From: Lepidodermella squamata
Lineage: Eukaryota; Animalia; Gastrotricha
Direction of reading: 5' to 3'
NCBI GenBank assembly: GCA_047495785.1
Contig: JBLDXI010000019.1
Location: 1,736,001-1,800,000 of the forward strand
Length of the DNA stretch: 64,000 bases
In this document: piece by piece, positions 10,820-22,243 of the stretch
Position numbering within the stretch: position 1 is the stretch's first letter
Layout: the number at the start of each line of letters is the position of its first letter
Made by a program: the position numbers and the translations under genes
Notes under the pieces: model-generated
The model's input: only the letters and a program-made list of their open reading frames with translations
Told to the model about the DNA's origin: nothing
The model's database searches: none

Positions 10820-12533
10820 AATTATAATTATCTTAAAATTATTATTATCTAGGAAATTCCGCTAGAAAGTCAAGCCATAATTTTCTGAAACCTATTTTGA
10901 CCCTATTTTATTCGAGGGCTATTTTTCCTATACTCGAAAAATAGAGAAAAAATGGGGCAATTTTTCGAACAGGCAAACGAGGCCGGCAATTACTAATCTA
11001 GAAACGTCATATTACCATGGCGTGGGGTAACTTGGCCGGGGGGTATCTAGGCCGTAAAAGTCGCCTTCTGGACGATTTCACGTGAAGAAAAACGTTTTTT
11101 TCACGGAGTTTCTTTCATAGGAACATTCCTTGCCACCTGACCTACAACTTCCTTAGTTCGTTTTTAAATTAAAGAGAAAGGTCAGTATAAACTCGTTCAT
11201 TTGCACATTTTTTCTAGACTCGCATCATCAAGAGGACGTTTTATTCCGAATTCAAGGCCTAATTCGTAAAATTCATCTATTCATGGCGAGTTGGAATTTA
11301 GATTCCTACATACTTTTTAGCGGTTTTCAATAGCCCAATAACGACTGCCATTCATACGAAACTTCCGAGATTCTTCACGAAAAAAATTCCTCCGACGAAA
11401 AAACGAGGAAATTAGACAAGCTCAATTTCGAAATTCGAACTGGTAATTTAAAATAGAGCATTAATGATGAGCCTGATTCGGCTTACCTGTGCAACTGATA
11501 CTGGCGAAATTGTAGAATCAGGTTGTTGCCGCAATCCGACTTGATCCATTTCGTCACGGTAGACTGATTTCAACGCCAAATTCGGATTTCAAATCCGGCC
11601 TCGCTGTTTTGGGTTCGGAAAATAGCTGATAGCTTAATACAACTACTCATCTACCTGTCATAGGCGTTATCACAAAGTTATTGCACTGAAAAGGGTAGGT
11701 CCAAGTTGCTTCTATCGTGAAATTGCTTGCGCGGAGAAGTTCTCTAAACATACAGCTTCTTATTTCTGTGTGTATAGATGAAAAATAAATGAAATATCGG
11801 ACAAAATGGTGTCGTATTCAAAAATAAAAGCTTCGTAATCACTTTTCAACAGCTTTTTCACATTTATTTAGTGTTTTTCACAAATTTCACCGCCAGGAAC
11901 AACAGGGAACATTTTCTTTCCTGTTGTTCGATTTTGTTCGCTATGCTTCGTTACGTTTCAGATCAAGGAACAACTCCGAACATTTATTTTCTACTAGTTC
12001 GCTGTTGTTCGCCGTACTTTTACACGTTTAAAATCAAGGAACAACATTGAACAAACGCTAGCAGTTGTTCCACTTAGTTCGGAGTCTTCGATCGACATCC
12101 GAAAACTGTTCGGCCCTGTTCGTCGCTGTTTTTCTTCAAAAAACGTTGTTCAGCGTTGTTCGGCAGTGGCCGTGCCGGTCTGGGGGCGCAGCAACCCGAC
12201 ATCCTCTGCCTTCGGCCAGTAATAGCCACTAGAATAACACTTGAGTGTCTGTGATAAGTATGACTTACTATGTGCTACAATCATGCATATGATAATTGCA
12301 CGCCAATAAAGTTTAAGTTTTTTTTCAAGTTTTAATTACTTTTCCACCGAAATTGCGAGCTTTTTTATGATTCAGCTGAACATCTGCGACCCATGACGTT
12401 CCGCTCTTTTTTCGCGAGTAGTCTTAAATTTCTTAAATTATGTCTATGGATTTGCTGGATAAAATACAGAAAATTCGCCAAGCCCCACTTTTCACTTGTT
12501 TCCTTATATTATATGCAAGTTTTGAAAACTCAT

Positions 12534-14237
12534 TTATTTTAAAAGTAGTAATTTCTTAAAATAACAAATGTATTGCTTAATAAAGTCTTTCCCTAAAGGA
12601 TGGGCAATTGTAACGGTGCTAATGAGCAGTCGATATGCCTGCGATCCAAGACGAAGATTGGTCATCAAGTTGTTGAACTGAGAAATTCGAAATTCGTCGC
12701 CATTCAGGCATTGCCTCAATGCATCGGTGTACCTTATTCGCCATGCATGGATCTTCTGATTATCCGAAAGCGCATCACTACCTGCGAAACTTGAATTTAC
12801 AAGGCCGTAAAATGATGGATGACCATCAACTTACCAGCTCCGAACCATAGCAAGGCGACCAGGATACAAAATTCTGGGAAAGTAGACACGGTGCTGACGA
12901 ACTGATTGCCGACCTGTCTGAGATGGTATTCAACGACAACGTCTTCACCGCACACTGCATTTCTAGATTGCGTTCCACTTTCGCGATCGAGGGAGAAATA
13001 GTTAGGGGTCTGAGTCGATACGTCGAATTTGAGGGAATATATCGCAGCCAACATTGGGTAATATGAATCCAAGAAAGCTATCATGCTATCATGAACAGGA
13101 ATTTCAACCGTTCCTTTATAACATGTATGGAAATTAAATAAAAACATTGGACTAGAGTGAAATTACCTGGTAAAGCTAGAATAAACTCTCTGATTGCCAT
13201 TACAGATTCTAAGAGTGAAGAGCTTCTGACCTGTGTCGCCTCCTCCATGCTCGTCCCAGGAGGAATAACTATTTTCTTCTGTAGAAATATCAGCCTAAAT
13301 AAGCTCGTCTATGAAAGCTGAATGGATAAATACTTCAATAATTGGCTCCAGCTTCGCAGCGGCCGAAACAACAGAGTTTGTCAACCACTCAGTGCTGACA
13401 GAATCCATGGTATTCAGAGAAGAATTGCTAGTGACCATGATTTCCAATGAACTGTTATCATCAGCTATACTTGTTACTTCAGTAACGCTCAGTGGGTTGC
13501 CGAACGGTGAACAGCTTTGTGAAAGCTCTCCTGAAGTCTCGAAGTAAGTCATCCTCTCGAGTTTCCGTCGAGTAAGGTCAGTATATCGACCAAAAGAAGT
13601 CTTCGACTTGTCCATCCCAGCGGTGATGCAGCTCTGAACGCGGCAATAGCGGCAGTTGGAAATAACTTCGCATAGCTTTCCGGATTTGGAGCCTTGCTGT
13701 TTGCAAGCGTATGGCTTCCGATGTTGCTTCGATATGAATCTTCGGTAGAATAGCTTACAGCCCTCGCAAGACATTACTCCGTAATGGTAGCCGGTACCTG
13801 AAAGACATAGCTAATGCTCGTATCGAGAAATCTAATCAATTATTCAAACTTGGCGAACCGCATACTTGACATAGAATTTTGTTAAGGGCATAGCTACAGT
13901 GCCGTTTTGTTTTTTTCTTGCCACGAGTATTTGTTAGTTGAATTGAAGTTGATTTTAACCCTTCAAGGATTGGTTTGCATCTTGCTAGGCGACACGGTCG
14001 GCATTGCGTAATATCGAAATCTTTGCTGTGATCCATGTTGCACCTGTCGTTAGGAAATCCAGTTTCGCTGTATCGCCAGTAGAATTTCTAGAAACAAACT
14101 TAAAATACAATTAATTTGCAGCTCAACATGAATACCTTGCAAGCACCGCATATATTGGCAGTTGGTTTGCCTTGCAATGTGCCTAAAATAGGCCTGCTAC
14201 AGGCTTCGCATGTACCGGTTTCAACGCTGTATGCCAT
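12534..14237 (-). CDS. Two-DBD nuclear receptor, copy B
   Basis: Six exons; first introns 14135-14088, 13849-13798 (weak GTTTGA donor), 13333-13279. DBD1 CEAC-x16-CGACKKFYWR...CNMDH-x8-CRPC; DBD2 CQVC-x13-CEGCKLFYRR; LBD FILALPG...EFCILVALL...RISQFNNLMTNLR...HPLGKDFI. Confidence 0.85.
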
Positions 14238-15088
14238 TATCAGTATAAATTTCACTAGAAACAATTCCAAAGGCTCCACTCTCCCCAATTACTTAATCAG
14301 TTAGGTGATGAGAGCCCGCTTCCTTGAGTAGGTTATTGCTTGCGTGTGATGTTGGAATCATAGAATATTTCTTGGTGCATTCATCCCAAGTTTTCTGAAT
14401 ACACTGTTAGGGTAGGTAGGGACTTATTAGGAATGTTCTTGTGAAGTTGAAAGGTAAACACGTGAGGCTTGCGAGTTGTTTCTTAATGATGCGAATGTAA
14501 AAAAAAACAGCTCACCACTCAGTTGCGTGACCCCTCGGCAAGAAACAAGCACAAATATTAGGTCGAGTATCAGAGTGCGATCTTGGATCCTCGAGCTTTC
14601 GGCTTTCGGGGAGCTGCCGGGGATGGCCGAACATCTCCCTGTAAGTCGCACACTGTTAAGTCCTGCTTTTTCGCGGCGCCAAATAACTACCATTCAAAGG
14701 TGTAATTGCAATTTGGACGCTTGAAAACAAAGTACACGAATTTCGGACAACTTTTTTTTGACAGAATCGTTAGAGTAAGACAAAAGACGCTCAGCATTTA
14801 GAGCCAGCCGCTTCCAGGGCGGCTACATGCTTTTTGTTCGTAAAAACGTAAAGATGCGAAAATCTTCGTTGAACAATTGATTATACGGAAGTCACCTTAC
14901 AGCCAAGTTTTCCTGCGCAGTATACAGTATACTCTCCTTCTTCCCTCTCTGATCTTTACAATCATTGAAATTCTTAGATGAAAATTGCAATATCGTTTTA
15001 TTAAATTTATCGCTTCGCGGGAAAGCGAACCCATGCAAAAAATGCATATCTCCTGTTCTTCATTCTGGCATGGCATACAGAATTTTCT

Positions 15089-16270
15089 TCAATGTTCGAC
15101 ATCATAGCAGACATAACTCCTAATATAGTCTTTCAAGAGGGAATGGGCGACGTGATCGAATCCAGAACATCTGCCGGGAAGCGACCGCCGGAGTGATCGG
15201 AAAGCTGGAACACCAATACGAAGGCTACTCATCAGCTCGTGAAACTGCGATAGCCGATACTCATCCCCATTCAGGCAGCGGACAATGCAAACTTGTAACG
15301 ATCATGCAGCATTGTCAGCTTTTCATTCTTTGAGAGAGTTTTGCTACCTGGGAAAAATTGTGAAGTTGGGAATTATAGAGAATTAATATTCACAGCTTAC
15401 CGATACAAATCAGAACGCATAGCAGGCTTAATTCCTTGAAGTTGTGCATTGTCTGAAAGAATTGATTGCCCACTCGACTGAGATTATTTGCGATAAGAAA
15501 ATCTTCGCCTCTGGTTGCTTTCCAAGAATACGTTCCACTTTCCTGATCCAGCGATATATAATTAGATGTTTGGGTTGACATGTGAAAACTGAGAGAAAAT
15601 TGAGCTGCTAGAATCGGGAAGAATGCAGCTAGCGTTCTGTCTTGCAGAGACATCTCTGGCGCACCTTATAAAATAACGTATACGTGGAAAGTAATTTCAA
15701 CATATTGATCGATCAACTTACCTGGTAGCTCCCGAATGAACTCGCTGATTGCTGTAATACGTAAGGAAGGAAAGCTGAGCTGCGGACTCTCGTGGAGTAG
15801 GAGTACCTCCTTAAGGCTTCAGAACTTTCGCTGAAGGTCGATATATTAGCTAGTCGATGTCCCGCCGTGTCTCATCGGTGTACCGGCCGCAGGAAGTTTT
15901 CGACCTAGACATGCCTGCGGCAAGACATCTTTGGGCACGGCAATAACGGCAGTTAGATGTTAATTCACAGAGTTCGAAGGTCGCTAGTTGTAGGTATTCG
16001 CTTGCAAACGTATTCAAGCCGATGCCGCTACTTTCCTAAATTTAACCAAACGGCAGGGGCGGCATTTTGCTATGTCGAAATCTTGGCCGTGCCCTCAATC
16101 GCATGCTTCATCAGACAATCCTGTCTCTTGATATCTCTCCAGTAAAATTTCTATGCAAAAATTATAGGCAGTTAAGTATTGAGCATCAAGTTGAACGTTG
16201 ATGTTTCACCTTGCAAGCGCCGCAAAGAATGGTGGCTTGTAGTTTGTCATGATGGACAGCAGACAAGGGA
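15089..16270 (-). pseudogene. Pseudogene duplicate of nuclear receptor copy A
   Basis: Colinear with 1-1360 but lacks the start region, has internal deletions (equivalents of ~410-635 and ~880-1115, the latter removing DBD2 finger 1), a 9-nt deletion in the LBD exon and frameshift/stops in the last exon. Confidence 0.88.
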
Positions 16271-17305
16271 CCTCAATGAGTAATATTGATCGAACTTTCA
16301 CGACAAATATCATGTTTCGTGATTTGAAGTCATTAAAGAAATTTCTTCTCCTACGCGATCATGGACTTATGGAAACGATGCCCTTAAAAGCTTGCTTCTG
16401 AAACTGTTTGAATCATCTGAGAAGAATGTAATTTGAAGTTTTTACGGGCTTCCCAACCCACCACTACTAGAAGCTGCTATAATATTACAATAAGCTGCAT
16501 TAAAATGTTACAACAATTATCTACGTGTGCTCATTTGCATAGAGGTCGGTTCCAGCAATCAGCTAGGGAGAATATAATAAAAAAAGCTAACATATGCTGC
16601 TCGTAACTCAGGATAAGACATTTAAACAAAAACTAATTAAATGAGAATACATAAAATAGATGCTAGCTCGTAAAAAAACAGGTAAATTTGTAATCATTAT
16701 CTTACATGAAAAACTCTCATTGATCATTTACAAATTGTACAGTTTCTAGTTTCTTCTATTAAGTAGGTTCTGATGTATGGAAAAAACTATTTACATGGGC
16801 AAAAAATGGCATAATAGAACACGTTTGTATTGAACAACTACACACACGCTCTAGCTACGTCTCACAACGAGTACAACGGCGAGATTTCTTCGGCCACTAT
16901 TTGCCATTCATAAAAAACATTAGCCAAACAAAGTTATGAAGCTTCAAGTAAAAATCTAAACAATTATTGATAAAAGCCAAACTAATAACTTGGGAATGAT
17001 AAGAAAGGCCAGGATTGAGACGATAAGAGCATCGAGAGTCATTTTCGATCAATGATTTGAAGCAAAATTAATTGCGCTCATATTCTGATGCTGATGATCG
17101 CAGCTTCAGATGGCCGGAAAACTGTCGAATACCGAGTTGAGCTTGTTCTAGCTCTAGGTTCTGCTTTTACTGCTTGTACGATACCCCAAGGCTCAAGATA
17201 AGCTAGAGTCAGAGAGGTTCTACATCATTTCAATTGAAACGCAATGGCTTGAGCCATATTACGAGACAGTCTCATAAAACTATGAACTATATGTTCAGGT
17301 TAGGT

Positions 17306-17650
17306 AGCACCGGTCCCAATGATTTGCAACCTCCGGCAAACAATGCTCCGACTAGGATAGGCGCAATAATCGTGTCCTGTTTTTAATTGAAAACAATCAT
17401 CACAGCCTGTACTGCAAGGTTGCTGCCTGGGCCTTCGTCGCGATAGATTGGCACCAAATTGTAGCCGGGAAGGGGCTTTCGGGCATTAGCGGCCTCGATT
17501 GCTACATCAACTCCGATTAGGCAAGCCTCTCCTCTCTTCCTTTCTCTCCTCTCCTTCTCCAGTCAGAGGGAGCAAAACCAGTATCGACATATTTTTCATC
17601 GCTGTTGCCCCCGTTAATAGAATCGACAAAACAAAAAAATATAATACCAT
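17306..17650 (-). pseudogene. 5' fragment pseudogene of the GABA-B-like GPCR at 4362-6718
   Basis: Matches 6381-6718, with an inserted CT-rich tract at ~17527-17560. Truncated after about 110 codons. Confidence 0.85.
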
Positions 17651-17908
17651 GATGCTAAAAGTTTGTTCCTTGATGAATGAGCGTGTTCGCTCGTTTCAAA
17701 AACTTGCTACAAGGAAAATACAGGAAGACACGCACGCCGCCATTCTCATCCGGTTCAGGTTCGATTGTAGTGTATCGTGTTCAAGAGGTTGGAGAGACAC
17801 GTACGGCTGTCTCTCAAATCAGCAAAAAAGCCTTCCACCGCAAATATATCCTGTTTCTCATTGGAACAAAGCGAGATTTTTTATTTAGGCACAAGGGCAT
17901 AACAAAAT

Positions 17909-20239
17909 TTAATTCAAATGGCCAGTGTATTGGTCCCGGAAGTCTCTGACCAGTGAGTGGACGACTTTGCTGAAAGACGCGCACCGACCTGGTATTCGAA
18001 AGATATGCGATCGATACGCATCGACTCCGGACCTCAAATTTGCGATCAATTCGATGAACTGAGAGTGGCGGAATTCGTCGCCCTTCAAGCATCTCATCAA
18101 CGCCACGTGATAATACCGCTGTAGCTCTGAGATCTTTCCAGTTTGTGGCAAGCTATTGCTACCTGAAATCAAGACTCATGAAAAGGACTTCAAAATAGAG
18201 CGATCAAAAACAAACAAGTTCCTAGGCCAATAATAGCGCACAGAAGGGCGAATTCTTGAAAATTGAAAACCGTCTGCCCAAGTTGGTAACCAACAGCGCG
18301 AAGGTGATTTTCGATGCGGAAATGGTCGAGATTTACCATGGCACTAACGCTCCACGTACCGCTCGGCCGATCGAGGGAGAGATGATTCGGAGTTTGAGTG
18401 GTCGCGTCATAACCGAGTGAAAGTTGAGCCGCAAGGATTGGGTATAATGCATCGAGATAGGCCACAGTTTTCTCGCCAATTGAAAGCTCGCCCACTCCTG
18501 CGCATAAAATATGCAGATTGACTGAAAAACCCTTAAACTCCAAAGTGTTTAATGAAGCCTGAAAATAGGGTTCCAATCATTATTTTGCTCAATAATGACT
18601 TTTCACTAATTTATTGAAATGTTTGTTCTAACCTCCCAATCAAAGATCAAACGCTCACCTGGTAGAGCGGAGTAAAATTCGCCGATTGATTTCAGATGAG
18701 TGAGACACGCCAAGCCCTTCGTTATGGCAATATCTTCCGTAGACATTCCCCTCGTAATGACAATATTCACCTGAAAATTTAGCATTGCAACTCCATTGTT
18801 GCTATTTACTTCAAAATTGTACCTGAAGAATTGGCGCTAGTTTAGCTGCAGCGGCTGACACCTGGCCAATCAGCCAGTCTGGGTCAAAATTTGACGTTGA
18901 ATAGGATGTTGAGAGTTCTATCTCTAAAGAACCGTTATCAGCTGCAGGAGCCGTCACTTCGATAATTTCACTCGAAATTTCACTCGAAGAGGCCGATGCG
19001 TCGTGACCCAGACTCGAATAATTATCGTCCGAATGAGCGGAGGTCGACGTGCTGGGCGATGAGTCATTAAAAACTGGGTCACCGCTATTCGAGTGAACGC
19101 CCGAACTAGTAGAAGGCCCTTGGTGGCTTGAAGAAGAATGGTCTTCATTGGAATTTCGCTTAATCAGCAGCCGAATTTCAGCCCGCGTTCTAGGACTGTC
19201 TGCATCTTCTTGATTTTCAATAAATTTATCGATTTCGTAGCGAATCTTGTCGGTATACCGGCCATTTATCACCTTATCCTTGTCCATGCCAGCGGCTAAG
19301 CAACGCTGTAGTCGACAATGGCGGCAGTTCGACGACGGTTCACATAATTCTTGACCTGATGATGGACTAAGTTCGTTGTTATTGTTGCTTTTGACTTGAT
19401 AACACACGTATTCCAAGCGATGCTGCTTTGACAAGTAACGGCGGAAGAACAGCTTACAGCCTTCGCATGACAAGACGCCATAATGAATGCCGCTACCTGA
19501 ATTAGGAAATGACAAAATCTTTTGTACTTTGGTACACAATCGTCAAACGACCAGCAAAATTTCCAAAAAAGTACGCTGAACCTTGTCGCCATTACTTGGA
19601 TTTCTGGTTATTGATAAAAAAATTCCTAATAATTTAAAATTTTCGATAATAATTTTCGAGCCGATTTAAACTTTAGTTACGCAGTAATCACGAATTGCTA
19701 CTTATAAATAAAAAAGTTAATTTAATATTATTTAATTCAATTGATAATTTCCTTTAATTTTTTGATTTTTTTCTACTAATAATTCTACTAAGATTTTATT
19801 TAAATTCCAGGCCAAACAAAAGCGGCTAAGAGACATTCAAGTTGGAATTACTTACTGGAAAAACCACAAATTTTGCAGGGAATTTTGTGAAAATTAATCT
19901 GCCGATGTCGCTGCCGCCGTTTCACCAGTTTATTCTCTGCCGCTGCACATCGGGACTGTGGCTTTCGATCGGGCAGTACTTCCTTGCATCGAGCCAAACG
20001 GCAAGGCCGGCATCTCGTGATTTCAAAATCAGCTGGATGATCGCTCGAACAACTTTCTTTGACATTTCTCTCGCCATAGCGCCAATAGAATTTCTGATGG
20101 TTAATAAAATAATAAAAGAAATGAAAGAATTCGCAAGCATTACCCTACAAGCATTGCATATGGGCGGTTGACTTTTTTCATTTGGCCGAACGATAAATGA
20201 GCGATGACAGACAGAGCAAATATCATCGGGTTTAGACAT
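17909..20239 (-). CDS. Two-DBD nuclear receptor, copy C
   Basis: Six exons. DBD1 CSVC-x16-CNACRKFYWR...CSSDH-x8-CRPCRLARC; DBD2 CKIC-x13-CEGCKLFFRR; Ser-rich hinge; LBD FYSALPG...KTVAYLDALYPILAAQ...QEFALLCAII...HSLVRDF. Confidence 0.88.
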
Positions 20240-21445
20240 CTAAATTTAAAAAATTAGGACAAAACCCTATTACCCTGCCAATAATCAGTAATCGATTTCT
20301 AATCAATCACTGATTTCTCGAATTAATCGATTGTTTTATGTAAATGAGCCTCGCTACTCGAGGTGTATTTAGCATGGTCACAGGTGATCAGGGATCTCGA
20401 TATAACTCCATTACAAACAGGGTGTGTGATCCGCGTGAACGCGTCGTAACGGAATATTTAAAGGAATTATTCGAAAATGAACCTTTTAGATGCAAAATTC
20501 GAGTTCCGTTAAAGCAAAGTTTGGTAAAAGTTTTATACTCGCATGCTGAATTTTTGCAAAAAATAATAAATGACGACGGAAATAACTTTTTGCTTGTGAA
20601 CTTCGATACGATTCGAACGCATGCGGTGGATTGCTGTGGGGAAACGTGCGCCCGCACGAACGTGAGTTGTAAATTGCGCTCACCTCATTTCAGACGTTTT
20701 GCGGAGCTAAATTGCTCATTCATAAGCTGCTTTACCTGATATAGAGTTTAGCAATATCATGCTTAATTCTTCTAATAAATTAATTCTTATTTTAGGAGAA
20801 TTAAGGATTAGAAGGGTCTAGGAATAATTAATTCAAAAGAGACAACTGCGTTATAAAATTTTATTTAAGGAAAACATGAAACTTACCTGTATTAAAATAG
20901 CGCACTTGAAACGCGACGTATTTGTCATTTGCTGATTAACCTGCGAGGGAGTTGCGAATTAATACTAATTAAGAGCCCAGGCAGCTTTCGACATGGCTTC
21001 AGCGCCAGGCAATAAATAGGATGAAAATGTATTCTTGCAAAAAAATATCCAGATTTTCAGGAAGACGTTGTCCTTGTTTTTTAGCGATGTGTTCGACTTT
21101 AATTGGGTGACGCAGTTATAGAAGTGAAAAAACATGCATAAGCGGTCTACTCCACAGCATCATTTTTTCATGCGCCCAGCCTCTCGTGAAATTTTACTAT
21201 GCTGTGATAAAATGAAAAAAAAATCGATAAACCAAGTGTGCACTTTATTGACCTTATTAGGTTACTTGTAAGCACACGTTTTTGTCCGTAAATCGACAGG
21301 AATTAAGAACGTGTCGTGATCTATAAAAAGCCAGCAGCAATAAAACAAGCCTCTCTCAAATGATATCAGCGTTTATTACAAATGATATAAATAATTCTAC
21401 TTCGAACGACTGAAAAACACAGTAATAAACCTGGCACAATGTCAG

Positions 21446-22243
21446 CTATGAAAATATAGCAATCGCATTTGTAATCAGAGTCTCGGCGATGTAATTTCGA
21501 ACAGCAACAGCTAAACTTGCTTCATAGACGGCCAATTCGCTATTTTTCACCTGGTTAGTTATCGATTCCATGTCGAATAAATTCGGCGTCCAGGCAATGG
21601 CCAGAGTTACAGGGGTGACGAGGCCTAGTGATCTTTGCTCGGTTAACCGACGCAAATGAATGAGTAGCAATTTAGCGATTTCAAAATTAACCGCCGGCAA
21701 TTTTTTAATAGTGTTGCGCAATTTTTCACTCGATTTCGATTTCGCATTCTCATTCGACGCCGCGACTAATTCGTTGTAGAGCGATTCGGGGAAAATCGCA
21801 TACGGCAGTTGGCGGATTTGCTTTTTGAGCAGCGACGCGACGGCTTTATAGTCGAAATGCGCCTGGTCGGGTTCGATCAACGGCTGTTCGCCGCGTTTTA
21901 AGGCGGATTCGTACTTTTCGACGATTGAAGACTTCCCGTTTTGTAAATACGCACCTCTAAGGAGTTCATCCTCCGCCGCCGCTTCGATGGTATCGATACA
22001 CCACCTCGCGATAGTCAGCGTCATCTCTTCGACAGACGACCGGCGGACGTCAATCGCCGCGGCGTTTTGAGCTATTTTTTGAGACTGTTTATTCACGCAA
22101 ATACCAGCGAGCCATCGCCGCAGCTTCGTCGACGGTGAACTGAGTGAATTTTCGCCGATTATTTCCGGCGGTTCGGTAGATGAAACAGCCGCCTCAATCG
22201 ACGTCGGATGATGCTGCTGGTCATTTGGCGTACCCGGTGTCAT
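21446..22243 (-). CDS. Single-exon RhoGAP-domain protein lacking the arginine finger
   Basis: AVASLLKKQIRQLP, LPAVNFEIAKLLLIHL and LAIAWTPNLF match RhoGAP blocks. The GxYRxxG block reads GAYLQNG. Confidence 0.85.
   Translation of the reverse strand: MTPGTPNDQQHHPTSIEAAVSSTEPPEIIGENSLSSPSTKLRRWLAGICVNKQSQKIAQNAAAIDVRRSSVEEMTLTIARWCIDTIEAAAEDELLRGAYLQNGKSSIVEKYESALKRGEQPLIEPDQAHFDYKAVASLLKKQIRQLPYAIFPESLYNELVAASNENAKSKSSEKLRNTIKKLPAVNFEIAKLLLIHLRRLTEQRSLGLVTPVTLAIAWTPNLFDMESITNQVKNSELAVYEASLAVAVRNYIAETLITNAIAIFS

Larger units (their letters stand above)
7466..12184. mobile_element. Non-autonomous or degraded TIR DNA transposon, CMC/EnSpm-like
   Basis: 42-bp TIRs (CCCAGACCGGCACGGGCACTGCCGAACA... 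at 7466; ...GTTCGGCAGTGGCCGTGCCGGTCTGGG ending 12184; 3 mismatches), flanked by GG on both sides (2-bp TSD). Many subterminal TGTTCG/CGAACA motifs. No intact transposase ORF. Confidence 0.8.

Noticed and set aside
10507-10821. 104-aa ORF, and the similar ORF at 29273-29500
   Set aside because: Both lie largely within copies of a non-coding hAT-type MITE.
11004-11050. Possible pogo/Tc1-like terminus (TACCATGGCGTGGGGTAACTT)
   Set aside because: No matching opposite end was found in the window.
20344-20739. 131-aa plus-strand ORF upstream of NR copy C
   Set aside because: No motif or splice support. It overlaps the probable NR 5' region and is likely spurious.
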